This document shows positions 27,870-38,447 of a DNA stretch of 53,983 nt, in pieces. The first letter of the stretch is position 1, and each line of letters starts with the position of its first letter. Made by a program: the position numbers and the translations under genes. The notes below the pieces were generated by a model. It was not told the DNA's origin. It was given only the letters and a program-made list of their open reading frames with translations, and did not search any database. Source of the DNA: an uncultured bacterium (GTDB lineage: Bacteria > Eisenbacteria > RBG-16-71-46); contig CAZYQK010000002.1 of assembly GCA_964650245.1 (NCBI GenBank), forward strand, positions 1-53,983, read 5' to 3'.

Positions 27870-28892
27870 ATGGCCCGAAGGCCCCAACGCACACTGCTGC
27901 GGCTCGCCGCGTTGCTCGTGACGGTCCTGCCGCTCGCGATCGCCGGCTGCACGCTCCAGCAGTTCCCGCAGAGCACCCTCCACCCGCACTCCGACTACGC
28001 GAATAGCATCCAGTCGCTGCTCGAGCAGCTGACGTTCTGGGTGGTCGTCATCTTCGTGGTGGTCGAGGGACTCCTGATCTACGCGGTGATCCGGTTTCGC
28101 GCGCGCCCGGGAATGGCGGATCCCAAGCCGGTCCACGGCCACACCGGTCTCGAGATCGCCTGGACCATCGCACCCGCCGTGATCCTCGCGATCGTCGCCG
28201 TGCCGACCGTGCTCGCCATCTACCAGACCCAGGGCGGCGCGCCGGCGGGAGCGCTCCAGGTCAAGGTGACGGGGCACCAGTGGTGGTGGGAGTTCAATTA
28301 TCCGGAGCTGGGCGTGACCACGGGGAGCGAGCTGCACGTCCCGGTCAATCGCGCGATCGCGGTGGATCTCGAGTCCGCCGACGTGATTCACAGCTTCTGG
28401 TTCCCGGCGGTCGGCGGCAAGCGCGACGTGGTCCCGGGGCACACCAACCGCATGTGGTTCACGCCCGACAGCGTCGGAGTGTTTCCCGGACAGTGCGCCG
28501 AGCTGTGCGGCATCTCGCACGCAAACATGAAGATGATACTGGTGGTCGAGACCCGGGAGGCGTTCGACGCGTGGGTCGCGCGGCAGAAGCAGGCGCCAGC
28601 TGAGCCGGACTCGACCACGCTCGCCGGCCGGGGCCGGGCGATCTACGCCGAGAGCGCGTGCATCGGCTGCCACACCATCGAGGGCATTTCGGCCGGGATC
28701 ATCGGGCCGAATCTCACGCACGTCGGAAGCCGCATGACGCTCGCGGGCGCGATGTTCCCGAACGACAGCCGGCACCTCGCGAAGTGGATCGCCGAGCCGG
28801 ACAAGCAGAAGCCCGGGACGATGATGCTCAATCTCTCGTTGCCGCCCGACCAGGTCGAAGTGCTGGTCGCGTACCTCCAGAGCCTGAAGTAG
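27870..28892 (+). CDS. ctaC: cytochrome c oxidase subunit II with fused C-terminal cytochrome c (caa3 type), lipoprotein signal
   Basis: Internal ATG at 27870. It has the lipobox LAIAGC, the CuA site HSFWFP...CAELCGISHANM and the C-terminal heme-c motif CIGCH. Confidence 0.9.
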   Translation: MARRPQRTLLRLAALLVTVLPLAIAGCTLQQFPQSTLHPHSDYANSIQSLLEQLTFWVVVIFVVVEGLLIYAVIRFRARPGMADPKPVHGHTGLEIAWTIAPAVILAIVAVPTVLAIYQTQGGAPAGALQVKVTGHQWWWEFNYPELGVTTGSELHVPVNRAIAVDLESADVIHSFWFPAVGGKRDVVPGHTNRMWFTPDSVGVFPGQCAELCGISHANMKMILVVETREAFDAWVARQKQAPAEPDSTTLAGRGRAIYAESACIGCHTIEGISAGIIGPNLTHVGSRMTLAGAMFPNDSRHLAKWIAEPDKQKPGTMMLNLSLPPDQVEVLVAYLQSLK

Positions 28893-28921
28893 CCGCGCGG
28901 AACCACGAGAAAGGAAGGGTC

Positions 28922-30727
28922 ATGGCCACCACCGCCGCCGCCATTCACGCCCCGGCCAAGCTCGAGTCCGGGCTGTGGAGCTGGCTCACGACCGTGGACC
29001 ACAAGCGCATCGGGATCCTGTACGGGTCCACCGCGCTGTTCTTCTTCCTGCTCGGGGGGCTCGAGGCGCTCCTCATCCGGATCCAGCTCATGAAGCCGGA
29101 GAACACGCTGGTGAGCCCCGATTTCTTCAACCAGCTGTTCACCATGCACGGCACGACCATGATCTTCCTCGCCGTGATGCCGCTCTCGGCGAGCTTCTTC
29201 AACTTCATCGTGCCGCTTCAGATCGGCGCACGCGACGTCGCTTTTCCCCGCCTTAACGCGTTCAGCTACTGGGTGTTCCTTTCCGGCGGGATCTTCCTCA
29301 ACCTCAGCTTCTTCCTGGGCGGCGCGCCCAGCACGGGCTGGTTCGGCTACTCGAACCTGACCTCGAGCCAGTACGCGCCCGGGCACGGCGTGGACTTCTG
29401 GGCGATCGGCCTCCAGATCCTGGGCATCGCCTCGCTCGCCGCGGGGTTCAATTTCATCATCACCATCCTCAACCTGCGCGCGCCCGGGATGAAGCTCATG
29501 CGCATGCCGGTGTTCGTCTGGATGACGCTGGTCACATCGTTCCTCATCATCCTGGCCTTCCCGGTCATCACCGTGGCGCTGGTGTTCCTGCTGTTCGACC
29601 GTTTCACCGGCACCAATTTCTTCGTGCCGGCGGGCGGCGCCGATCCGCTGCTGTGGCAGCACCTGTTCTGGCTGTTCGGCCACCCGGAGGTCTACATCCT
29701 GATCCTGCCGGCGATGGGAATCGTCTCCGAGGTGCTGCCGACTTTCTCGCGCAAGCCGCTGTTCGGCTATCCGGTGGTGGTCTACTCGGGGATCTTCATC
29801 GGCTTCATGGGCTGGGGGGTGTGGAGCCACCACATGTTCTCGGTGGGCCTGGGGCCGCTCGCGGATTCCTTTTTCGCGCTCACCACCATGCTCATCGCGA
29901 TCCCGACCGGCGTGAAGATCTTCAACTGGATCGCCACCATCTGGGGCGGACGGGTGGAGCTCAAGACCGCGATGCTGTTCGCGGTCGGCTTCATCGCCCT
30001 GTTCATCATGGGCGGGCTCTCGGGCTTCATGCACGCCTCGCCGCCCGCCGATCTGCAGCAGACCGACACCTATTTCGTGGTCGCGCACATCCACTACGTT
30101 CTGTTCGGCGGAGCCATCATGGGGCTGTTCGCGGGGATCTACTACTGGTTCCCGAAGGTCACCGGTCGCTTCATGAGCGAAGGGCTCGGCAAGCTGCATT
30201 TCTGGACCACGATGATCGCCATGAACATCACGTTCTTCCCCATGCACTTCGTGGGCCTGCTGGGCATGCCGCGGCGAGTCTACACCTACGCGCCCAACAT
30301 GGGCTTCGACCAGATGAATTTCCTGTCCACCATCGGCGCTCTGCTGCTGGTCCCCTCGCTGCTGGTCTTCCTGTGGAACCTGATTTCGAGCGCGAAGAAC
30401 GGAAAGCCCGCGGGCAGCGACCCGTGGGGCGGGGCGACGCTCGAGTGGGCGATCCCCTCGCCGCCGCCGGCCCACAACTTCGGCAGCATTCCCGAGGTGA
30501 AGAGCCTCGATCCGCTGTGGCACAAGGAAGGGCGCGAGCTGGCGCTGGCCTCGAACCAGGCGCGCGGCCCGTTCCACATGCCGCCGCCCTCGTTCTGGCC
30601 GCTGGTGAGCGGGCTGGGCGTCACCCTGCTCATGAGCGGAATGATCTTCGGCTGGGCGGTCGGCATCCCGGGACTGGTGCTCACCCTCGCCGGCATCTAT
30701 TCCTGGGCGTTCGAGCCCTGCACGTGA
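28922..30727 (+). CDS. ctaD: cytochrome c oxidase subunit I
   Basis: Internal ATG at 28922 after GAAAGGAAGGG. The translation shows WLTTVDHKRIGILY, WFFGHPEVYILILP and HHMF motifs, with two extra C-terminal TM helices. Confidence 0.95.
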   Translation: MATTAAAIHAPAKLESGLWSWLTTVDHKRIGILYGSTALFFFLLGGLEALLIRIQLMKPENTLVSPDFFNQLFTMHGTTMIFLAVMPLSASFFNFIVPLQIGARDVAFPRLNAFSYWVFLSGGIFLNLSFFLGGAPSTGWFGYSNLTSSQYAPGHGVDFWAIGLQILGIASLAAGFNFIITILNLRAPGMKLMRMPVFVWMTLVTSFLIILAFPVITVALVFLLFDRFTGTNFFVPAGGADPLLWQHLFWLFGHPEVYILILPAMGIVSEVLPTFSRKPLFGYPVVVYSGIFIGFMGWGVWSHHMFSVGLGPLADSFFALTTMLIAIPTGVKIFNWIATIWGGRVELKTAMLFAVGFIALFIMGGLSGFMHASPPADLQQTDTYFVVAHIHYVLFGGAIMGLFAGIYYWFPKVTGRFMSEGLGKLHFWTTMIAMNITFFPMHFVGLLGMPRRVYTYAPNMGFDQMNFLSTIGALLLVPSLLVFLWNLISSAKNGKPAGSDPWGGATLEWAIPSPPPAHNFGSIPEVKSLDPLWHKEGRELALASNQARGPFHMPPPSFWPLVSGLGVTLLMSGMIFGWAVGIPGLVLTLAGIYSWAFEPCT

Positions 30728-30755
30728 GCCTCATCATCCGCGGAGGGTACTGACC

Positions 30756-31358
30756 TTGGCCGTCGCCGCCCACGCCGTCGCGCCGCACGAGGCGCACCAC
30801 ACCAGCACCGGGCTCAACAGCCGGAAGATGCTGTTCTGGGCGTTCCTCGGCTCGGAATGCATGTTGTTCGGCTCGCTGATCGCGACCTATGTCGTCTACC
30901 GCGGACGCGACCAGGTGGGGCCGCACCCGCACGAGATCTTCAACATTCCCTTCACCTCGGTGAGCGCCTTCGTGCTGCTGATGAGCAGTCTCACCATGGT
31001 GCTGGCGCTGGCCGCGGTTCAGCGCGGCAACCAGCGTGGCGCCCGCACCTGGCTGGCCGCCACCGCGCTGCTCGGCATGACGTTCGTCGCCGGGCAGTGT
31101 TACGAGTTCACCGAGTTCTTCTACGACGGGCTCAGGCTCCAAACCAACCTGTTCGGCTCCACGTTCTTCGTGCTGACCGGGTTCCACGGCACGCACGTCA
31201 CGATCGGCGTCATCTGGCTGTGGACGCTGTTCATGATGGCGGTGCGCGGCAAGCTGCCGAAAGAGCGCGCGCTCGACGTCGAGATCGCGGGGCTCTACTG
31301 GCACTTCGTGGACGTGGTCTGGATCGCGATCTTCACCCTGGTCTACCTGATCCAGTAG
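30756..31358 (+). CDS. ctaE: cytochrome c oxidase subunit III
   Basis: TTG start after GGAGGG. The translation contains FFVLTGFHGTHVTIGVIWL...YWHFVDVVWIAIF. Confidence 0.9.
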   Translation: MAVAAHAVAPHEAHHTSTGLNSRKMLFWAFLGSECMLFGSLIATYVVYRGRDQVGPHPHEIFNIPFTSVSAFVLLMSSLTMVLALAAVQRGNQRGARTWLAATALLGMTFVAGQCYEFTEFFYDGLRLQTNLFGSTFFVLTGFHGTHVTIGVIWLWTLFMMAVRGKLPKERALDVEIAGLYWHFVDVVWIAIFTLVYLIQ

Positions 31359-31369
31359 GGGAGGCACTC

Positions 31370-31618
31370 ATGGCCGAGCACGCCGAAGGTCACGCGCAAC
31401 CGAAGGGGCACGCGCACCCGGGTGCCAAGGAGTACCTCGCGATCGCCACCATCCTCACGGTGCTCACGGCGGTCGAGGTCGCGGTGTTCTACATCCCCTC
31501 GATGAAGCCCATGCTGGTGCCAACGCTGCTCACGCTCTCGGCGGTCAAGTTAGCGCTGGAGGCGATGTTCTACATGCACCTTAAGTTCGACCATCGGCTG
31601 TTTTCGTGGTGCCGATGA
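31370..31618 (+). CDS. ctaF: cytochrome c oxidase subunit IV (prokaryotic COX4 family), apparently truncated
   Basis: ATG at 31370 after GGGGAGG. The translation YLAIATILTVLTAVEVAVFYI...LSAVKLALEAMFYMHLKFD matches the COX4_pro pattern, but it stops after two TM helices. A third hydrophobic helix is encoded in the -1 frame (31606..31671). Confidence 0.6.
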   Translation: MAEHAEGHAQPKGHAHPGAKEYLAIATILTVLTAVEVAVFYIPSMKPMLVPTLLTLSAVKLALEAMFYMHLKFDHRLFSWCR

Positions 31619-31722
31619 TAATCGCGGCGCTCGTGATCCTCGCGCTGCTGAAGTTGTTCGGGCGCTGGTAGGGGATCGTGGAACCCCGCGCCGCGCCGAA
31701 AGGTGCCGCGCGGCCAAGGGTA

Positions 31723-31754
31723 GAGCCCCGGAGTCCTCTCGGACGCCGGGGCTC
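31723..31754. terminator. strong GC hairpin between ctaF and tRNA-fMet (terminator-like, no clear U tract)
   Basis: GAGCCCCGG (31723..31731) pairs with CCGGGGCTC (31746..31754). An inner GTCC/GGAC helix closes a TCTC loop. Confidence 0.35.
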
Positions 31755-31757
31755 GAT

Positions 31758-31834
<77 letters not shown>

Positions 31835-32046
31835 TCAACAGGCCGAAAGCTAAGGGCCCGCCCGCCCGCTGTCAAGTCGGACTGCGCGCGCAAGTCGGGC
31901 GGAACGCGCAGGTCGAGCGGCACCGTCCCGGCTCGATTCGCCCGACTCACCGGTTGCGTGCGCTTCGCGCGGTGGATATTCTCCGCGCTCTTGACCGGGA
32001 TCGAACACGTGCGGATCGGGACGGACATTCTTGCCTGGAGGCAGCG

Positions 32047-32814
32047 TTGACTCGTAATCGGCTCGCGGCCGCGGTGGGTCTCGCCGGACTGCTGGTGGCG
32101 GGAGGGGAGGCCCGGCAGGCGCAAGCGGCCGCCGAGGTCCACCGCATCAACCTCGTGATCTCGGCGATTCCCACGCAGATCTCCGGCGGCGACTTCAACG
32201 ACGAGATCGATTTCCGCAACCGTGCCTACATCGAGCCCCGGGGCCTCGAGGGCATGGACCGCATCACATACGGCTGGCTCTTCGACACCGAGCTGCGCTA
32301 CCTGGTCCGGCCGAGCCTGGCGCTGGCGGCGGGAGTGGGGCAGCTGCGCATCAGGAGCTCGCGCGAGTTCCTGCCCGCGCTGCAGGAGGACATCCGGCTG
32401 CGCGCCGAAATCCTCTCGGTGCCGATTCACGCCGGGGCGGCCTACTACTTCCAGCCCTACAACCAGGGCGACTTCCAGGCCCGAGCCTACGCCGGCGGCG
32501 GATTCCTGAGCCTGGTGGGAAACCGCGCCAAGTTCCAGCGCTTCGAGCAGGTGGGCGACACCGCGCGCTCGCTGTCGCGCTGGCAGGAGGTCACGCTCAA
32601 GGGTGAGAGCCCGGGCTTCTACCTCGAAGCCGGGGTGCACATGTTCTTCGCGATCCGCTACTCGGTGCTGCTCGGCGTGCTCTACCGGGACGCCAAGATC
32701 GCGGACATGAGGAACCGCGCCACCCTGGTGCGCGCGACGGCCCCCGACGGCAAGCCGTTCCGACTGGACGCGAGCGGCGTGGGGGCGCGCATGGCGATCG
32801 CTTTCGGTTTCTAG
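32047..32814 (+). CDS. outer-membrane beta-barrel protein (hypothetical)
   Basis: TTG at 32047 lies 5 nt after GGAGG, inside ORF 31798..32814. The signal peptide is TRNRLAAAVGLAGLLVAGGEARQAQA. The sequence shows alternating hydrophobic beta-strand patterning and a C-terminal aromatic end, MAIAFGF. Confidence 0.6.
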   Translation: MTRNRLAAAVGLAGLLVAGGEARQAQAAAEVHRINLVISAIPTQISGGDFNDEIDFRNRAYIEPRGLEGMDRITYGWLFDTELRYLVRPSLALAAGVGQLRIRSSREFLPALQEDIRLRAEILSVPIHAGAAYYFQPYNQGDFQARAYAGGGFLSLVGNRAKFQRFEQVGDTARSLSRWQEVTLKGESPGFYLEAGVHMFFAIRYSVLLGVLYRDAKIADMRNRATLVRATAPDGKPFRLDASGVGARMAIAFGF

Positions 32815-32831
32815 CGGGGCCCGGGCCGCAT

Positions 32832-33194
32832 TCAGCGCTTGAGGCTGTCGCCCCGCGCGCCCTGGATGCGGTAGATGATCTCGCCGCGGCCGGCCATGCC
32901 GCCGTGCTCGCGCAGCCAGCGCTCGCCCCGCAGCCGGGACGCCGCCGGATCCTTGAGCTCGGTTTCGAGGCGGTCGCGCTCGAGCCCGACGCGCTCGAGC
33001 TCGAGCGCGGCAGCTTCGTTCTCGCGCCCGAGCCGCCAGATCCGGTAGAAGCTGTGCTCGCTCAGGAATCCCACCCATGCGAGCCAGATCGCCGCGAGCG
33101 CCCACGCCCAGCGCAGCCGGCGCCGAACCGGATCAAGCGCCGGCGCATAGCGTGAGAGGCGATATCGCCGGATGCGAACCCCGATGTCGCGCAT
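32832..33194 (-). CDS. ftsB: septum formation initiator FtsB/DivIC family
   Basis: 120 aa with one N-terminal TM (WAWALAAIWLAWVGFL) followed by a coiled coil. It lies directly downstream of eno, the conserved eno-ftsB arrangement. Confidence 0.75.
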   Translation of the reverse strand: MRDIGVRIRRYRLSRYAPALDPVRRRLRWAWALAAIWLAWVGFLSEHSFYRIWRLGRENEAAALELERVGLERDRLETELKDPAASRLRGERWLREHGGMAGRGEIIYRIQGARGDSLKR

Positions 33195-33296
33195 GACCTC
33201 CCTGTCCTTCCGTCCGAATCCCGGAGCGCAAGGTCGCGCCCCGCCGGAGCGTCCGTGCCCCTCGATCGATCCGCCGCGGCGGCGCGGCGCAACCGA

Positions 33297-34598
<1,302 letters not shown>

Positions 34599-34725
34599 CT
34601 ACGGGCGGGGCCGGCGGTCGTCAAGCTCGCGCGCCGGTCCCCGGCCGCGGGTCCAGGCCGCGCCCGGTACTGCGTTTTGCCCGGCCTTGACCGGCCTCCG
34701 GACCCCCGCCTATCGTGCGGCCCCA

Positions 34726-34753
34726 TGAAACTTTCGCCTCCGGCCGGCCGTAA
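34726..34753 (+). promoter_or_regulatory. candidate ECF-type autoregulated promoter (TGAAAC-N17-CGTAA)
   Basis: TGAAAC (34726..34731) and CGTAA (34749..34753) are separated by 17 nt, about 20 nt upstream of the ECF sigma GTG start. This resembles the generic GGAAC...CGT ECF promoter architecture. Confidence 0.3.
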
Positions 34754-34772
34754 GCGGCATTGAAGATTTGGT

Positions 34773-35345
34773 GTGGGAAACGGCGAAGACACCGAGATCC
34801 TTCAGCGATGCCGTGAGGGCGACGAGAGGGCTTACCGCGAGATCATCCAGCGGTATCAGCGGCGGGTCTTCTCGCTGGCGCTCCGGGTGGTGAGACGGAC
34901 GGAGGACGCGGAAGACGTCACGCAGGAGACCTTCGTCCGGATGTTCCGGGCGATCGACCGATACGATCCGGCGAGACCCTTCGCCGCCTGGCTCTTCACC
35001 ATCGCCTCGCGGCTCTGCATCGATCATCTTCGCCGGCGCCGGGTGCGCCCGATCTCGCTGTTCCAGCGCGACCCGGAGACGCAGGAAGAGCGCACCATCG
35101 AGGTGGTCGATCCCGGTCTCAAGCCGGACGAGGAAACCTCGAGACTCGAGGAGGAGCGGCACACGCGGGAGCTGATCGACTCGCTGCCGCCGCACTATCG
35201 GATCGTCGTGATGCTTCGCCACCAGCAGGACCTGTCCTACGAAGAGATCGCCGAGGCGATGAAGCTCCCGCTCGGCACGGTGAAGGCGCGGATTCACCGC
35301 GCGCGGGCGCTGCTCAAGCATCGCCTCGAGAGCGAAAGCCCATGA
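34773..35345 (+). CDS. ECF (sigma-70 family group IV) RNA polymerase sigma factor
   Basis: Region 2 reads DAEDVTQETFVRMFRAIDRYDPARPFAAWLFTIASRLCIDHLRRRR. Region 4 reads LSYEEIAEAMKLPLGTVKARIHRAR. Confidence 0.85.
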   Translation: MGNGEDTEILQRCREGDERAYREIIQRYQRRVFSLALRVVRRTEDAEDVTQETFVRMFRAIDRYDPARPFAAWLFTIASRLCIDHLRRRRVRPISLFQRDPETQEERTIEVVDPGLKPDEETSRLEEERHTRELIDSLPPHYRIVVMLRHQQDLSYEEIAEAMKLPLGTVKARIHRARALLKHRLESESP

Positions 35346-35965
35346 ATCCCTGTCCCGAATCCGAGCGCATCCAGGGCTACCTCGACGCGGCGCTGTCCGC
35401 GGACGAGACGCGTCGTCTGCTCGAGCACGCCACCGGCTGCGAGCGCTGCGGGCGGGAGCTCGCGCTCTACCGCCGCGTGGTGCGATCGCTCGAGTCGCTG
35501 CCGCTCCTGGATCCGGGCCCCGCGTTCACCGCCCGGGTGCTGGATCGCGTGCTGCCCTCGCGGGTGCGCCGCCGCTGGCTGCGCGCGCTGGGCCTGAGCT
35601 ACGCCGGCGCGCTCACCGCCACGCTGGCGGGCGTGGTCACGCTCGCCACGCAGCCCGCCACGCGCGCGCTGCTCGAGTCGCTCACCGGCGAGGCGCCGCG
35701 CCGCATCGCGCAGGCCATGATCTTCACGCTCAACGCCCTCAGCTTCTCGGTGCTGAGCGTGGCCGAGGGCGGGAGGCTGCTCGAGGCGACGGGCGAGCGC
35801 CTGGCGCCGCTGGCGCGCGCGACCGGCGCGCTGCTCTCGCACACTTCCATCAGCCTGCCGCTCGCGGTCGCGGTCGCGGCCTGCGCCGCGGTGCTGTGGT
35901 GGATGCGGGCGCGCGGGCGCCATTCCGAAAGGGAGGTCGGCCATGTCGGCGTGCTGGGGTTCTAG
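35342..35965 (+). CDS. anti-sigma factor (zf-HC2 type) with TM segments
   Basis: ATGA overlap with the sigma gene. The N-terminal zf-HC2 motif is LLEHATGCERCGREL, followed by hydrophobic helices. Confidence 0.75.
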   Translation: MNPCPESERIQGYLDAALSADETRRLLEHATGCERCGRELALYRRVVRSLESLPLLDPGPAFTARVLDRVLPSRVRRRWLRALGLSYAGALTATLAGVVTLATQPATRALLESLTGEAPRRIAQAMIFTLNALSFSVLSVAEGGRLLEATGERLAPLARATGALLSHTSISLPLAVAVAACAAVLWWMRARGRHSEREVGHVGVLGF

Positions 35966-37172
35966 CGGGCGGAAGTGGAAGCTGCGGCTCGCGGCGTGGG
36001 CCGCGACGGCGGCGGGGATCGCGATGCTGGCGGCCGGAACGGCCGCCGCGGCGAAGGCGCGCGCGACAGCACCCCGCGACACCTCCCGCACGGTCGGGAA
36101 AATCCTCATCAGCGACGAGGGGATTCGGATCGATGGCCGCGACGCCGGTGACGGCCGCGGCGACGTCGAAATCCACATCGATCGCAATTTCAAGCGGCAC
36201 AGGACCAGGTTTGGCCACGGGCTGCGGGAGAGCACCGACACCGCGGGCGGCGTCACCGTGGTGGGACCCGGGATCGTCATCGACACCGACCAGGCCGGCC
36301 TGGTGCGCGTGTTCGCCGACGCCGAGGTGCCCGCCGGCGAGCGTGTCGAGGGCGACGTGGTCGCGGTGTTCGGCTCGGTCACGGTCAGGGGTCAGGTGGC
36401 CGGCGACGTGGTCGCGGTGTTCGGCTCGGTGCGCCTCGATCCCGGCGCCGCGATCGAGGGAGACGTGGTCGCGATCGGTGGCGTGCTCGACCAGGCACAG
36501 GGCGCGACCGTTGGCGGCGAGAGCGTCTCGCTCGGGTTCTTCCCGATCGCGTGGGGAATCCCCACGCTGCCGGTGCTGCTGTCCGCGATTTTCGCGTGCT
36601 GGCTGCTCTCGCTGTTCGTGGGCTGGCTGACGAGCCTCATCTTCCCGGAGCGCATGCTGCGCGTGGCCACGACTGCGTCGCGCCGCACGGCGGCGTCGCT
36701 CTTCATGGGACTGGTGTCGCTGCCGCTCATGATTTTCGCGGTGATGCTGCTCTTCATCACCGTGATCGGAATTCCCATCGCGCTGCTGATGCCGGTGTTC
36801 TACGTGCTCATGGTGTGGGCGGGCCAGCTCGCCGCGACCTGCGTGCTCGGCAGCAAGATCGTGCGCCGGCCGCTGGGCGGGGCCGGGATGATGGGGCCGC
36901 TGGTCGCCGGCACCCTCTTCGTCGCGATGTTCTTCGTGGTCGGCGCGGCGCTGGCGGCGCCGCCCGGCTTCGTGCGCACCGCGGCGCTCTTCTTCTGCCT
37001 GCTGGGCGTGCTCCTGATCGTGGCGCTCTCGACCGTCGGTGCCGGAGCGGTCCTGCTCTCGCGCATCGGCGCGCACCCTGCCGACGTGCGCTTCGAGCGC
37101 GAGCCGGGCGTCACACAGGTCCAGGCCATGTCCGCGGGTGCGACCGCACCGCCGGCGTCACCCGGGGCCTGA
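35943..37172 (+). CDS. membrane protein with bactofilin-like (polymer-forming) GDVVAxxGSV repeats, third gene of the ECF triad
   Basis: It has an N-terminal TM/signal, the repeat GDVVAVFGSVTVRGQVAGDVVAVFGSVRLDPGAAIEGDVVAIGGVL, and then about 6 TM helices. Confidence 0.6.
   Translation: MSACWGSSGRKWKLRLAAWAATAAGIAMLAAGTAAAAKARATAPRDTSRTVGKILISDEGIRIDGRDAGDGRGDVEIHIDRNFKRHRTRFGHGLRESTDTAGGVTVVGPGIVIDTDQAGLVRVFADAEVPAGERVEGDVVAVFGSVTVRGQVAGDVVAVFGSVRLDPGAAIEGDVVAIGGVLDQAQGATVGGESVSLGFFPIAWGIPTLPVLLSAIFACWLLSLFVGWLTSLIFPERMLRVATTASRRTAASLFMGLVSLPLMIFAVMLLFITVIGIPIALLMPVFYVLMVWAGQLAATCVLGSKIVRRPLGGAGMMGPLVAGTLFVAMFFVVGAALAAPPGFVRTAALFFCLLGVLLIVALSTVGAGAVLLSRIGAHPADVRFEREPGVTQVQAMSAGATAPPASPGA
36352..36431 (+). 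repeat. 29-nt perfect direct repeat with 51-nt period inside the repeat-protein gene
   Basis: ggcgacgtggtcgcggtgttcggctcggt occurs at 36352..36380 and again at 36403..36431. Confidence 0.8.
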
Positions 37173-37433
37173 GCGCAAGTCTCGCCGCAATCCGGACGTT
37201 CTCTCCGGGTCGGCCTCTGGGTGGGGTTTCCCAGGCTCCCCGGGGGCCCTGGGGCGGTTGGCCCACGAACCGGACCCAGGGCCGTTGGCGGCCGCGGACC
37301 GAGCTCCGGCCATCAGCCCCAGGATATCGCCTGACCACAGGCTGCGGCGCCACTTACGGCCGCGGCCGAGCTTCCGCCGCCAGGCCCGCTCACGGCGTTC
37401 CCGGTGGCATGTTTGTGGCCTTTCCAAGTGGGC

Positions 37434-38447
37434 ATGACTTCGCTCGGTCTCACCCGCCGCATGCTCAACGGGTTCCTGCGGGCGCTCGCCTCCGGGGCCC
37501 TGCTCGCCGCGGCGGCGCACGCCCACGAGCTTTCCGCGACCGGCTCGAGGTCCGGGTTCGTGATTCACGGCGCGGCCGAGACGCTCGCCGGCTTCTGCCG
37601 CGCCGACGCCGAGGGCAGGCTATGGCTCGAGCTTCCGGGCGGGACCCGGCAGGAGCTCGTCACCTCGCTCTCGGACCCCGCCATCTCGAACCAGGGCGAC
37701 GGCCGCTTCCACCCGTTCGACGAGCCGGAAGTGCGATCGGCGCTCGCCGCGGTGAGTTTCCCGCTCGGCCGGGTCTCGGCGGAGATCTTCATCCTTCCGT
37801 TCCCGCGGCGTGGTGGCCTCGAGTCGGCCGCCGGCCCCGGGCTAATCCTATTGTCGCCCGGCGTATGGCCCCTCTCGCCCGAGCACCAGCACGCGGAGTT
37901 CACGCACGAGCTCGGTCACGTCGTCCAGTACGCGCTCCTGCCCGACGCCGACGTCGAGCGCTGGAACGTCTACCGCAGGCTGCGCGGCATCGACGACGCG
38001 GCGATCTTCGCTCCGACCGGCGCACACGCGGACCGTCCGCACGAGATCTTCGCAGAGGACTTTCGGATGCTGTTCGGTGACCCGCTCGCCAACTACTCCG
38101 GCTCGATCGAGAACGCGCGCCTCGCGCTCCCGGACGGGATCGCGGGCCTCGAGCGCTTCATGCTCGATTTGGGAGAGGGCGCGCCGCTCCCGGCCGCGCT
38201 CTCCGGCTTCCCCAACCCGGCGCGGGGCCCGGTGCTGTTCTCGCGGCCCGGCGGCGTGGCGGCGCACCTCGAGCTGTTCGACCTCTCGGGCCGGCGCGTC
38301 GCGGCGGTGGCACCCGACGTCGCCGCGGGAATCGTGAGCTGGAGCTGGGACGGTCGCGGTGGCAATGGGCGCCGGGTGGGCCCGGGCGTGGTGTTCGCGC
38401 GCGTCCGCGGCACCGGCGAGAGCACGCGGATCTCGCTACTGCCCTGA
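37434..38447 (+). CDS. secreted HExxH-motif putative metallopeptidase with FlgD-Ig/T9SS-like C-terminal domain
   Basis: ATG at 37434 within ORF 37404..38447. The signal peptide is LRALASGALLAAAAHA. The only zinc-type motif is FTHELGHVV. The C-terminal ~80 aa (FPNPARGPVLFS...LELFDLSGRRVA...WDGRGGNGRRVGPGVVFARV) resemble the FlgD Ig-like / type-A sorting domain. Confidence 0.6.
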   Translation: MTSLGLTRRMLNGFLRALASGALLAAAAHAHELSATGSRSGFVIHGAAETLAGFCRADAEGRLWLELPGGTRQELVTSLSDPAISNQGDGRFHPFDEPEVRSALAAVSFPLGRVSAEIFILPFPRRGGLESAAGPGLILLSPGVWPLSPEHQHAEFTHELGHVVQYALLPDADVERWNVYRRLRGIDDAAIFAPTGAHADRPHEIFAEDFRMLFGDPLANYSGSIENARLALPDGIAGLERFMLDLGEGAPLPAALSGFPNPARGPVLFSRPGGVAAHLELFDLSGRRVAAVAPDVAAGIVSWSWDGRGGNGRRVGPGVVFARVRGTGESTRISLLP

